DNA of 64,000 nucleotides from Macrostomum hystrix (Eukaryota > Animalia > Platyhelminthes). The stretch spans positions 9,052,001 through 9,116,000 of the forward strand of contig CATNEN010000025.1 in NCBI GenBank assembly GCA_950097015.1, read 5' to 3'. The notes under the pieces were generated by a model that saw nothing but the letters and a program-made list of their open reading frames with translations, made no database searches and was not told the DNA's origin. This document shows, one piece after another, positions 37,606-50,300 of this stretch (positions within the stretch are counted from its first letter, which is position 1; each line of letters starts with the position of its first letter). A program made the translations under genes and the position numbers.

Positions 37606-38449
37606 GCGCGATTTTCTGACGATCTTATTATTATTGAATTCGGCGGCCTAAATAGCTGCCTGAAACTCTACAGAAAAAACGCCACCAACTCAGCACTAGA
37701 CTCCGCCTTGGAGCTGTGACGGAAAAAAAGTGTTCTCGCTAAAACTCTAGATTCCGCGTTTAGCTGGCTGCAACATGTGTACGCTCGAGCTGAGCCAACT
37801 GCAGCTAGAGAACTCATGGGTTTGCATGCAACCATTCGTGCTTTATTTGTTACTCTCTGACTACCAAGCCCGATTGGCTCTTCTTTAGCATGATATCCAT
37901 GTGCAATAGCTTGTCCCGAAGTGAGTTATCGCTGCCTTCATTGTTTTCTGCGTTGAACTGTCGTGCATTTTTCCTATTTTTTTCGAAAATAAATGCGCGC
38001 ATCATGCAACGCCGCACTTGATCTGTCCGCGTTGCTTAAACAATCCGCCTGACAACAAGCTGCCGACTATACGGACCACAATACCCTGGGTTTTTATCCA
38101 TGACGAACTACGAGTATTTGCAATGCTTCTCAGTGCATACAAAAATACAATTTAGCTGTTTGTGCAAGCATCTATTTGTCTAGCGGAGTGCAGTCAGCAA
38201 GGCCATCACGGAGTGCAGAGTCTGAACTATCACGCAAAAATGCACTGCCAAAGATGCAGCAGGATACATATGGTGTCATTTTAATTTCGTTGGATACGAT
38301 TAAGGGCTGAATGTAAATTTACTCTCCAGTCTTAAGTAAACAGTTTTTATTTCGCGTTCAATTTTACTGTTCTCTTTGACAGGAAAACGGAATGCTAATT
38401 ATAAAACGGTTCCGATCGAGGCCGGGGGACACATTACCGCAACGCTAAT

Positions 38450-39605
38450 TAGAGTAGAGTGGTTTACACTGCCTGAGTAGAGTAGTTTACACTGCCTGAG
38501 TAGAGTAGTTTACACTGCCTGAGTAGAGTAGTTTAAAATTCCCGAGTAGAGTAGTTTAAAATTCCCGAGTAGAGTAGTTTACACTGCCTGAGTAGAGTGG
38601 TTTACCCTGACTGAGTAGAGTAGTTTACCCTGACTGAGTAGAGTAGTTTACACTGCCTGAGTAGAGTAGTTTACACTGCCTTAGTAGAGTAGTTTACCCT
38701 GACTGAGTAGAGTGGTTTACACTGCCTGAGTAGAGTAGTTTACACTGCCTGAGTAGAGTAGTTTACACTGCCTGAGTAGAGTAGTTTACACTGCCTGAGT
38801 AGAGTGGTTTACACTGCCTGAGTAGAGTAGTTTACACTGCCTGAGTAGAGTAGTTTACACTGCCTGAGTAGAGTAGTTTACCCTGACTGAGTAGAGTAGT
38901 TTACACTGCCTGAGTAGAGTGGTTTACCCTGACTGAGTAGAGTAGTTTACCCTGACTGAGTAGAGTAGTTTACACTGCCTGAGTAGAGTAGTTTACACTG
39001 CCTGAGTAGAGTGGTTTACCCTGACTGAGTAGAGTGGTTTACACTGCCTGAGTAGAGTAGTTTACACTGCCTGAGTAGAGTGGTTTAAAATTCCCGAGTA
39101 GAGTAGTTTAAAATTCCCGAGTAGAGTAGTTTACACTGCCTGAGTAGAGTGGTTTACCCTGACTGAGTAGAGTAGTTTACCCTGACTGAGTAGAGTAGTT
39201 TACACTGCCTGAGTAGAGTGGTTTACACTGCCTGAGTAGAGTGGTTTACCCTGACTGAGTAGAGTAGTTTACCCTGACTGAGTAGAGTAGTTTACACTGC
39301 CTGAGTAGAGTAGTTTACACTGCCTTAGTAGAGTAGTTTACCCTGACTGAGTAGAGTAGTTTACCCTGACTGAGTAGAGTAGTTTACACTGCCTGAGTAG
39401 AGTGGTTTAAAATGCCTGAGTAGAGTGGTTTAAAATGCCTGAGTAGAGTAGTTTACACTGCCTGAGTAGAGTAGTTTACACTGCCTGAGTAGAGTATTTT
39501 ACACTTTCTGAGTAGAGTTCTTTACACTTTCTGGGTAGAGTGGTTTACACTGTCTGAGTAGAGTAGTTTACACTTTCTGAGTAGAGTAGTTTACACTGCC
39601 TGAGT
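38450..39605. repeat. Minisatellite, 23-bp unit TACACTGCCTGAGTAGAGTAGTT
   Basis: Tandem repeat; the variant doublet AAAATTCCCGAG recurs at 38535 and 39087 (552 bp = 24 units). Confidence 0.97.
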
Positions 39606-40458
39606 ATGATGAACAGAAAACTTTTATTATCCTGATCGAACGGACTGTAATATTCAAGTTAGCTAAGATTTTTACGTAGGTACCAACAATTAAACATCTA
39701 CAACGTAAACAACAATTAGTATTCGATCTACCAAATAGCTTAGCAAACAAACCAGCTCATTAAATATACAACGCAATGGCTCACTACATGCTTGAGAACA
39801 AAATGTAATATTTACCCGAGTACGCATATAGAGCTGTACAATCGACATTGAACAGCTTCTCTTCCAAAACAAATTTGACCAACTACGGCCAAAATAAGTT
39901 TCTTCTAGCCTTTATAAAGAGTAGAAAGACTACGGGGGTATTCCAAAAACCAACATTTTCATTTCTTCTGTATCTCCTAAAATATTCCACCAATGAAACA
40001 ACTTGCACAATCACAAAACATAGGCATCGTCCAGATATTCAACGGTTCTCGTCGGATTGTCTGTTGGAAAAAAAACACAAAAATAGGCAAAAAAAATTCT
40101 GCTCACAAAATCTATTTTGTAACCATGTCGGCAACTATTGTTTATTTATATACACCTTTGAAGCGATATGGATTCGCAAAAGAGGTTTACACAGAGCATT
40201 GTTAACTGTCCTTGTCACCTGCAGGGTCTTCGACAAGAATCACTGAACATCTGGGCGATTCTGGCTCGTACGGCTTTGAAAGTTAGTTCAACGTAAAGGG
40301 CGTAAAATTTTTATAATCTGCGATTCCGAGCTATTGTGAAATAAGCAGTGGGTATTTGAAATACACCCACGTGGTATTTCCGCAGGGCGGAAAAATAGCG
40401 TGGTCTTCCTACTGTTAAGGGGAGAGAACATTTTACCTCAAGAAAATTTTGGCTATAG

Positions 40459-40537
40459 TCAGCGCTTTTTGTGCTGTCCCTGGGCAGCGGAGGAGCGCTT
40501 GATAGACGAAGCGCTGGAGGTAGCTGACATGGACGAA

Positions 40538-40572
<35 letters not shown>

Positions 40573-42248
40573 CTGCAGTTTGCTTCCAGGTTTGCCAGCT
40601 TTGGCTGCCATTGACTCTTTCTTGGAACCCTTGGCCAGACGGTCTGGATTCGTTGTATTAGTTAAGAAACGGTTGACTCTCATGCCCGATACCGTTAGAT
40701 ATCAGTTTGTAAGGCGAACAACTCACCTAGGAATGCCTTAGTTACAATTTCGTCGCTCTCAAGCAGAGGCGTGTACACCAGTTTGCCTTTGTCATTTTCT
40801 GGATTCGGAATCAAATAGAACTCAGCGAAAAGTAGTTTTTTTCCTACATAACTTTCGGTGTAAATAGTGCAAAACGAGACACAATTCGTACCTCCAACTC
40901 GAAGCAGTATGACGTCCTCCCGATCCGCTAAGACTTCTTTGGCTCGCATGTTGGGATTCTTGCGTAGATCCTTCACGTTACCCTCCCGGTCGGATAAGTC
41001 GATCACGTCTGTCAATTAGAACAGGAAAAAATTCTGCTAACGTGGCCCAGACACAGCTTTTGAGCGACTGCGTACAGCTGTTCAGTCCATGGACTGGTTG
41101 GGCGCGACACACCCAAGGACTACAAGAGTGGAAGGACGCACGGAAAACTTCGTTTTTTAGAAAAAATACACTATGGAGATAGGCAATTTGTACTTTTTTC
41201 AGATTTACATGGTGACAGCTTTTGATTGGAAGCAGAAACAAAGCTGTTCTTTTGATAAAACTTGCCTTACTTGTTAGAGGTTGTAGCCTAGTGGTTAGGG
41301 CGTCGGACTCACGACTTGAAGGTCGGGGGTTCGATTCCCGACTGCACTGGAACAATTTGCGTCCTTTAGCAAGACACTTAACTCTGCATTGCTTCAGTTC
41401 ACCCAGCTGTTAAATGGGTACCAGCATCAGCTGGGATAATTGAAGGTGGGTGTGGCGTCCCCCCAGTCCGTGGACTGAACAGCTGTATGCAGCCTTCAGA
41501 TGCGCCGCGCATTAGCTGCGGCTGTGCTGTCGGCTGCACATCTGACCCAATTGGGGCAGGTGTAATCAATTATTATATTATAATTATTACTAACTTGTTG
41601 CTCTACCGAATGTTATAAAGTTTTCTACATGGCAATTTCATCTTCATACGATCTTTACTTATAAAGATCCAAATTCACTGACAATGTTTTTACAGTTATT
41701 TTTATAGCTATTAATTGTTAATGAGCCTAACTTTAGACTTTTAAGTTGTATATTTTATATTTTATATTTCGCGAAAACCAGCCTTTAAATTTTCTTAGAA
41801 ACGTAGTTTCCGTCCTTCTAACTCCTAGTGGTCCTTGGACACATCCTCAATAAACAATGCAGGGTTAAATGTCTTGCTAAAGGACACAAGTTGTTCCACT
41901 GGAGTCGGGAATCGAACCCCTTTCGCTCTCAAGTTGCGCCCAAGGCTATGATCGCTATTTAGTACATATCATTTAACAGCTACAAGCTAAGTACTAGTAA
42001 TCCTTGCATGGTCTTTCATCGCAAAATTTTTTACCTTTTGCATCGAGCGAGCACTTCTCTCTGATGGCATTGAGCAGAGTAATTGACCGGCAGTCCTGAT
42101 TGAACAGGGTCTGCTCGTTAACTGAAACCGTTATTGTTTGACATATAACATATGTCTATATTGTGAGAATATGCTTCATGAGCATTAAATATGCATCTAA
42201 TTCAGTGAATAAGGACTTACCACCGTGTTTCACAGTGACAAACACCAT
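40459..42248 (-). CDS. CXorf65/C22orf15-like small protein (~162 aa, polyQ tail), 5 exons
   Basis: Exons 42248-42221 MVFVTVKHG; 42121-42035 NEQTLFNQDCRSITLLNAIREKC; 41008-40892 DVIDLSDREGNVKDL...LADREDVILLRV; 40798-40727 YTPLL; 40643-40459. Phases are consistent and the motif pattern matches the CXorf65 family from memory. Confidence 0.72.
41040..41120 (-). mobile_element. Partial SINE family 2 copy
   Basis: GCGTACAGCTGTTCAGTCCATGGACTG is the reverse complement (2 mismatches) of CAGTCCGTGGACTGAACAGCTGTATGC at ~41464. Confidence 0.6.
41279..41590 (+). mobile_element. tRNA-derived SINE, family 2, with a CORE/Meta-type central domain
   Basis: Head GGTTGTAGCCTAGTGGTTAGGGCG...GGTTCGATTCCCG, then CCTTTAGCAAGACACTTAACTCTGCATTGCTTCAGTTCACCCAGCTGTTAAATGGGTACC, then an ATT-rich tail. 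Confidence 0.8.
41849..41940 (-). mobile_element. Partial SINE family 2 copy (inverted relative to 41279)
   Basis: Minus strand reads GGGGTTCGATTCCCGACTCCAGTGGAACAACTTGTGTCCTTTAGCAAGACATTTAACCCTGCATTG. Confidence 0.75.
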
Positions 42249-43714
42249 TCTGAGCTCTAGAAGAAATACTGTAGACTCAGCTGACCGGAGCAAGATGGGC
42301 AGCAGTTTAGACGAGACTCCAAGAATGGGCCAGTGTCAATTCGCTGCTTCTTTATAATAGTTTCTCAGGGTATCGTTACACCTGCCGCTTCAATTATACT
42401 GCTATGTAAGGCAGAGACTGGACGAAAAAGATTCTAGTACTGAAGCGTTTCTAGTATTTGCGAATCGTTTTCTATTCTATTCTTCTCGCCTGAGCCTCGT
42501 CGTTATTAGACGCCGATATAGAGTTAGCTAGGTTTCTGATATTTAACGAAGCACACAAGATCTCTAACCTTGGAGACGAAGAGAACAATAAATTTCAACA
42601 TATGCGCAACTGCTATACTGCTCACTGCTCTAGTCCCTCTTCGGACTCAGAGTAAGACAGCTAGGGTTAGGAATTTCAATACTCTTTAGAGATTAGCACA
42701 GTGCAGAGAGTTACGATGCTCCCCTTGTCCTCACGGGTACGATCCTAATACGTTGCCCAGCCCAGAAGTACGGTAAACTACCTCCTCATACAGATCTCTC
42801 TCACTCGTTTCTCCTAAGCAGGCTTTTAGGCTGAACTATCAAGGAAATGAACCTATTTACGCAGGAACGCTTGATTTTTCAATGCCATTTCAACTCGCCA
42901 GTCCTTAGTTACAGTGACATGTTCTATTTCTTCTAGTTTCCATAGAAGAAATGTCCGCAACACTTACAGTCTCTCATATGCAAAGAGAAAAATGCCAAGG
43001 GTACCACGTGCACAATTGGAGAGAGAGAATGCAAGAACTGTGCGAACCCATAAGCCTTCAATAAGTGGAGAAAAAAATAGGGAAGTTGGGGAGAGAACGA
43101 GAAGAGAGGGTGACAGGTAATAGACTAGGATTGAACACAGTGAAAGTTGCGGCAGGATGAAGGGAGCTATGGAGACTAAAGGACAGATGAGAAGTCCATG
43201 ACCCATGAGTGTTTATTTATTGAGGCCTGTCTATTGCGACGAAAGACAAGTACAATGATATTCAATCGTTTTCCGCAATAAATTTTAACTGACAAAGTTT
43301 TTGTTTGTGTAGAAAGGGCGCGAAGCTATAGTCTGTATTTTTATTAACTTTCACACAACTGATATTAAAAATAACAATAACAACTATTTTAATAATAAAT
43401 GTTAATTCTGTACTTAGAAACACTGATACGGCAAAATACGTGTAACCAGCTGTGAAGAATTTGTTTTAGTAAAATGTAGCAAATAAATTAACCAAAAAAG
43501 AAAAAAAACAACAGCTTTGAGCTTGTAAGTCAGGTTAGCAACTAAAATAAATAATTATCAGGGATTTTTACCTAACCTACGCAATTTAAATGTTTCAAAA
43601 TAATGTACCGTAACGTGGATGAACAAAACAACTCGGGTGTGAACTTGTTCAATAGATGGTGTAATTACTATTGCACACAGGTGTTTAAGGAAGTTAGACT
43701 TTCAATCAGAAGCC

Positions 43715-45356
43715 TTAGTCGAGAATTTTCCTGGTCTTTCCGAAGCTCATACCAGCCTGGCTGGCGCCCTTGTTATAGCCGGCCTGAAGTCCAATGACCG
43801 ACTTGCTGGCGCTCAGCTGTTCCTCTGTGAACTGGCGCCTGTTCTCCTCCGACAGTTTCGGGCCCAAAGTTGGTCCGGAATAGTCCGCGCGCGACTGGCA
43901 CTACAGAGACGGATGGGTGTGAAGACTGGTCGGTTAATTGTTAATATGTCGATTTCCCTAACCAATCAGAGAACAGTAATCTCTAGCGTCCATTCCTTTC
44001 TAACCAATCAGAGAACAGTAATCTCTAGCGTCCATTCCTTTCTAACCAATCAGAGAACAGTAATCTCTAGCGTCCATTCCTTTCTAACCAATCAGAGAAC
44101 AGTAATCTCTAGCGTCCATTCCTTTCTAACCAATCAGAGAACAGTAATCTCTAGCGTCCATTCCTTTCTAACCAATCAGAGAACAGTAGTCTCTAGCGTC
44201 TATTACTTCTTAACCAATCAGAGAACAGTAGAATAATAGAATAGCTACTATCCGTAAAAATTCAACTCACAGTCCGGCCCAGAGCAAAGAGACACTGGGT
44301 GACCTGGCCAATGTCTTTCTTCTCGTACAAGTCCACAGTTTGGAACAGGTCACAGGAGGGCACACCGTAGGCTCTAGCCGCCTCAAGGAACAAGCCGATG
44401 TTCTCCATCAGTTTGAAAGGAAGCCGACTGGTGCGATTGACTTTCTTAACGCTGCCCGCTTTAATGGCGTTCATCAGGTCGCAAAGAACAATGCCTGGAT
44501 ATAAGTATGGTTAATTCGCGCGCGCTTAATATACTACTCATAGTAGAGTGGTATAACTCTATTTCATGAATATAAATAAGTTGTAATTTTGTTAGGCTAA
44601 AATCAAAAAGTCAGAAAAGGCAAAAAAGACCAGTAGGGTCAGTGGTCCTATAGTCAGAAAGGACCAGTAGGGTCAGTGGTTTACAGTCAGAAAGGACCAG
44701 TGGGGTCAGTGGTTTACAGGCAGAAAGGACCAGTAGGGTCAGTGGTTTACAGGCAGAAAGGACCAGTAGGGTCAGTGGTTTACAGTCAGAAAGGACCAGT
44801 ATGACAGAGGGCCTACAGGTAAACAGTTACATTGTAGGCGAGTGTGCCTACAGACACAAGTTGGTTTGGTGGATCGGGTCGGTCGCTAACGGAATGAAAA
44901 GAGCAGATTTAATAAAATAGCTGTGCCAGCAGCACTTGTCACTCACCATCCGATAGGATATCCTCGTACGCCTGATCCCTATTAAGAGGCTGATTAAGCA
45001 GAGCTTCAATCCAGTCTAGAGCCTCCTCCTCCTGTTTTGAGTCGCGCTTCTCTTCCCGCTGAAAATTGGGGATAATTAGAGATGCCTTGATAGAACAGCA
45101 CGAAGCTAGCAACAATTACGTTTTAAAATAGTTTGTAAATCAATCTTTCTGGGTTCTGACAATAAACGGTGGGAATTATGATTTTGTGTACTATAGTTGA
45201 TCGTGTAGCATCGTTGGTTTTTTTAAACAAACTGTAAACCGTGGATTGTAGTCATTTAAAATCGGAAAAATCTTTATGATGAAATTTACATGCATTTATA
45301 ATTACCTTCCTTTCTAATTCCGCACTCAGGCCGTAGCTCTTGCCGTGATTAGCCAT
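43715..45356 (-). CDS. Transgelin/calponin-family protein (MP20/myophilin-like; CH domain plus one calponin repeat), 4 coding exons, ~190 aa
   Basis: Exons 45356-45306 MANHGKSYGLSAELERK; 45058-44947 EALDWIE...LSDG; 44494-44271 IVLCDLMN...MENIGLFL...DLFQTVDLYEKKD...LFALGR; 43900-43715 GPKLSEENRRQFTEEQL...IGLQAGYNKGASQAGMSFGKTRKI. Confidence 0.95.
43955..44230. repeat. Intronic minisatellite, 42-bp unit CTAACCAATCAGAGAACAGTAATCTCTAGCGTCCATTCCTTT
   Basis: About 6 copies in intron 43901-44270. Confidence 0.95.
44625..44800. repeat. Intronic minisatellite, 33-bp unit AAAGGACCAGTAGGGTCAGTGGTTTACAGTCAG
   Basis: Period 33 at 44658/44691. Confidence 0.9.
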
Positions 45357-45594
45357 GATTATTGACTGTAGCTCAGGAGTCGGCGAGTTTGCTTGTGAGA
45401 GGCGATCTTACGAGTAATTGCGCAGTTTTTTGTTGTGCTTGAGATTTGCTGCGAACTGACGGTTAAGTTATGGCAAAGGGAGAGACTAGGAATAAATCAG
45501 TGCCAACTTATGCAAAGCCAGACGCAGAGGTAAGCTGTTTCATGCAATATGCTGTGTTTTTCTGTCCCTGAATCTTTCTCGAGATTGTTTAGGA

Positions 45595-46010
45595 GCCGTA
45601 TTTATTCTGTCTGGACCGGAGCGGAGGGTTGGGGCTGGCTCACTTCACACTCGAATAACATTCTCAGCACAAAGAGAGGGGGTTGCACACTTGCCCATTT
45701 TTGGAGGTGGGGTGGCGTGTGTCAGCTCGCGCGCGCGCACTCTTGCCCCCTGCGCATTTCATTCCGTCCACTCTAAGTGGGGCCCAAATATGCGTACATT
45801 AGGCGTAGGTTGTCGTTGATTTTTAAACGTACATTGCTGACACAATTCCAGTTCCAATTTTGGACAAAAAATGTGGCAACCGAAAACAAACAAAATATTA
45901 AAGAATTCAAACATTTAGTTTAATCCAATACAATTAACCGTCTATCATTTTTTATGCTAAGATTCTGACATAAAACAGGCGTGCATAGCTACTTCTGGGG
46001 CCAAATATGG
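45595..46010 (-). promoter_or_regulatory. Putative muscle promoter of the transgelin/calponin gene: TATA-like AATAAATA plus a CArG (SRF) box cluster
   Basis: Perfect CC(A/T)6GG at 45695-45704, 45854-45863 and 46001-46010; one-mismatch box CCAAATATGC at 45784. Minus-strand AATAAATA near 45598-45605. A 46-nt 5'UTR intron at 45366-45411. Confidence 0.7.
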
Positions 46011-47387
46011 TCTGTACTCCATTTTGCTTTGTAATAATTTCCAGCGACTAAATGCAGAAAACAGAAAGCCATCAACCACAGGCATGAAACAGAGCCTGTT
46101 CTGCATTCTGCGAAAAAAACGTTCAAAATTTCAGTGAATATAAAATGTAGAGATCATTTTTGTGGCTGTAAATCATTAGAACTTTAGTAAATAAGGCTAT
46201 ATACAGTCTAGAGTTTCGTCGTTTTTATTGTAATTATACGAGTAGAAATAGTGGGAGTTTATTTGTTAGAATAACAGTTTATTTAGTGTACAAAACGTCT
46301 GTCTTCCAGAAGGCGAGCTTAATATATTTATACTTTTTTTGTTAGGAAAAGGCGTTAAATAATGTCAATGTTAAACTGTGTACTAAAACTTAACTAATAA
46401 AATGTTTCTGTTATGTAAGACATAATTTAAAAAAAATAAGCACACGTGTAGATAATACAATCATCGATTCGAAGCTAAAGCAAAGCATTGATATAGTTTT
46501 ATTAAGTCCAGGTATGCTTAAATATAGCTTGATATATATCGTCAGTTCTGGCTAGTTTTAACACGCATGCAAGCGAAGGCATACACATATATAACTGATA
46601 AGTTCAGTGTAATGCTGCATATATAATATTATAAAATATGGACTAGTGAAAAGCAAGCCATGTACATGTGTGTAATCGATGGGCGAACATATTCAGTATT
46701 AACGCATATCGGAATACAAAAAAAATCGAATTTAGACAAAGATAATCAAAATCAGCTGCATCAGTCTAGGTTGAAATAAGATACTGCCCAATTGTAACTA
46801 AACCGAATGTCTATTTGAGGCGAGTGAGGTAACGTACTATAAACTACGAATTAAGCAGAAAAAGCGGACACTATATGAACTTGCATAGAGAAAACTTAAA
46901 GGGAGGTTTGTGTTTCTAGTTAGCTATAATCAATGAATAGAAAGCTAGTTATAGTTTAGCACACAAAGCATTTCAATTAAAATAGGTGTACTAGATTATC
47001 CTGAATAATTTAGACATGCAAGGCATTGTGCTTAGGATTAATATTTGGTTCATAGAATATTTACTCGTGATATTCATTCAATACTATTGCAAAGCGAAGA
47101 AAATCTAATGTAGCTTGCAGATATAGTCACGATGCTGGAAAACAACTTATTACTGACATTATACAATTGGAGCAGAGCTTGAGTATCGTTACCAGTTGAG
47201 AACCAATCAAAACTTTACACGACATATCAGCTGAGAGTACATGCTATACTTTGTCGACGTTAAGCCTAGCGTTAAGCCTAAAATGATCTATTAGCTTGAA
47301 CGAGTCAAAGTTAGAACGCGAAAATCCAAATGGAAGTTGACAATCCGACAAAAGATTCTAAATCCAAAACTTTCTTTTGAAATCGTG

Positions 47388-50300
47388 CTAATGTCGAGCT
47401 TCAGGGTCGCACACGACGTAATCCAAAGCCTCGCCCGTAGGCAGATCGATGTTGTATCGCATCACCAGCTCCCGAGTCTCACCAGGAGCAAGCTCAAGCT
47501 CCCATTCAACGCAGTTGGACCGATTGATGCGGACCGGTTTCTGTCGGTCGTACTTTTCCGGATGCTTGACCGCCGGCTCGACCAGATTCACCTTGATCTT
47601 GTCCTCACCGGCTATTGGCAGTGGCTCCATCAGAAGCAGCTTGACCGGCCTGCTGTGCCTATTTTGCAGCTCTATGGACTGCCGATGAGACACTGTGGCC
47701 AGCTTGGACTGGCCGCTCTCGCGTTTGCGATTCACCGGCCGATAGGCCACCCGGATGCCGCGGTCTGCGCCCAGCTGGCAGGTGAACTCCTCCAGCGGGG
47801 CTGCCGCTTTCAGCTCGGACTGTCGCGGGAGGCAAAATGCAGGCGTCAAGTTGTTTATTAATTGTCCGTAGCTCAAATACTGCGATAGATTAATAGAAAA
47901 TCCACCTAGTATATAGTGGGGTCTTTTGTACAACCATGTTCAGTCCGTGGACTGTGGCTGCACCCACCAAAATATCTACCCGCAGCTCATGCTACCAGCG
48001 TAGTAGCCAATTAACAGCTGGATCACATGAAGCAATGGTAAATGCCTCACCTTGATGGCAAAAATCGACTCAAATATGCAATACTAGCTACTCTAAATAG
48101 AATAGATAAATTATATTTAGAGTATTTAGAGTTTAGAGTATTGTCAGTATCCGTAGCATAATTGTGACAATTTTAGACTTTCTGGTGGAGCCTTTGAAAA
48201 AGTCCTCCTGCAAATGCAACGCCAGGCTGTTCGTGACAAAATCGCCGAAATCCCATTTTCGCGTCATGCAGACTTTCGTCTAGCCCAGCCCCAACGGGAC
48301 TTGACTGCGACATTTTTTTTCTATCTCGTGACACGCCACGGGAGCAAAAAACTACTGCGACCTGAATACGGGCTCCCTGCCTGTTCCCACTCAAGTCCCA
48401 ACGCGCCTCTCGCTTGCTCCTGTGTCCCTAAAAAGAACTAAAAAACTCGAACGCGGTACTGCTTCTAGTGTTAAAATTTATTGCTAGAAGCAGAAAGACA
48501 TGAGTCGAATAAGAACAAATTTATTCAAGATCGATTCCAGAGCAGCTTTCAATCCCTTTGACTCGCTGCCCGCCCTCGAGCTTCGGGGACACTATGCTCC
48601 CAGCTCTAGCTACTTCCGTTCTCCCGTTTTTCGCCGACAAAAAAGAAAAAATAAAACTATGGAGAAGAGAAAACAAATTTAGCAGAATTTTTGTAGAGGC
48701 TAAAAATCGAACGCAGAGTCATCTCTGGTTTGAAGAAGTCACTCGAGGCAGAAGATATTTTCTTAGATTTTTTGTAGCTTGGTCTGGACTGCTCGGAAGA
48801 TAACACTCGAAAATTCATTGCAGAAGTACAAGATAAAAGTCGTCCTGAAACTTGGGCACCGCTCCGTATCCAGAAACATTTACAGATAAGTTTGTCCTAA
48901 ATTTAGCGAATTTCCATGAATTTATATACCTTCCGGTAACTAGGCCTTTGTGTTGTGTCTGCGTTGCTAATTTTTTCATTAATCATTTCTCTAATTTGAA
49001 GTGCCCGTTTCTCTGTCTTGACCTGCGCAGCCTTAAAATGCATTTATTATTCTAAGGAGATAGCCCTACATAATGTTGATTTTCATTGTACAATTCAGAG
49101 AAAGTTACTTTTATTACATTAACTTCAAGCTGTGATCTTCCAGGTGACACGTGTGCCTCTTGGGGAATACCACGAGAGGCCAGGGGTTAGGTTAGTGCCA
49201 GGAGTGAGGTTAGTGCCAGGAGTGAGGTTAGTGCCAGGAGTGAGGTTAGTGCCAGGAGTGAGGTGGGTGCCAGGAGTGAGGCTAGTGCCAGGAGTGAGGC
49301 TAGTGCCAGGAGTGAGGTGGGTGCCAGGAGTGAGGTGGGTGCCAGGAGTGAGGTGGGTGCCAGGAGTGAGGTGGGTGCCAGGAGTGAGGTGGGTGCCAGG
49401 AGTGAGGTGGGTGCCAGGAGTGAGGTGGGTGCCAGGAGTGAGGTGGGTGCCAGGAGTGAGGTGGGTGCCAGGAGTGAGGTGGGTGCCAGGAGTGAGGTGG
49501 GTGCCAGGAGTGAGGTGGGTGCCAGGAGTGAGGCTAGTGCCAGGAGTGAGGTGGGTGCCAGGAGTGAGGCTAGTGCCAGGAGTGAGGCTAGTGCCAGGAG
49601 TGAGGCTAGTGCCAGGAGTGAGGCTAGTGCCAGGAGTGAGGTTAGTGCCAAGACTTGGCCCCGGGAGTGAGGTTAGTGCCAGGAGTGAGGCTAGTGCCAG
49701 GAGTGAGGTTAGTGCCAGGAGTGAGGCTAGTGCCAGGAGTGAGGTGGGTGCCAGGAGTGAGGCTAGTGCCAGGAGTGAGGTTAGTGCCAGGAGTGAGGTT
49801 AGTGCCAGGAGTGAGGTGGGTGCCAGGAGTGAGGCTAGTGCCAGGAGTGAGGCTAGTGCCAGGAGTGAGGTTAGTGCCAGGAGTGAGGTTAGTGCCAGGA
49901 GTGAGGTTAGTGCCAGGAGTGAGGTTAGTGCCAGGAGTGAGGTGGGTGCCAGGAGTGAGGCTAGTGCCAGGAGTGAGGCTAGTGCCAGGAGTGAGGTTAG
50001 TGCCAGGAGTGAGGTGGGTGCCAGGAGTGAGGCTAGTGCCAGGAGTGAGGCTAGTGCCAGGAGTGAGGTTAGTGCCAGGAGTGAGGTGGGTGCCAGGAGT
50101 GTCAGCTCTGTCAGCCAGACCATGAAGCTTGCCGAGTTGATAGATAATAATATTTACAGATAGTGCAAAGTAGTTTAAGCAAACCTTGCCAACGAAGCAT
50201 CCGTCAACGAAGATGTTGGCAGGACCAGGCAGTAGAGCATAGGGCGATGAGTTTGTGACTGCCGCCTTCAAATAGGCGTAGGGTGATCGCTGTGGCACGC

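Noticed and set aside
41279-41350. Functional tRNA gene
   Set aside because: The anticodon and acceptor stems pair poorly, there is no T-run terminator, and it continues into a repeated SINE body.
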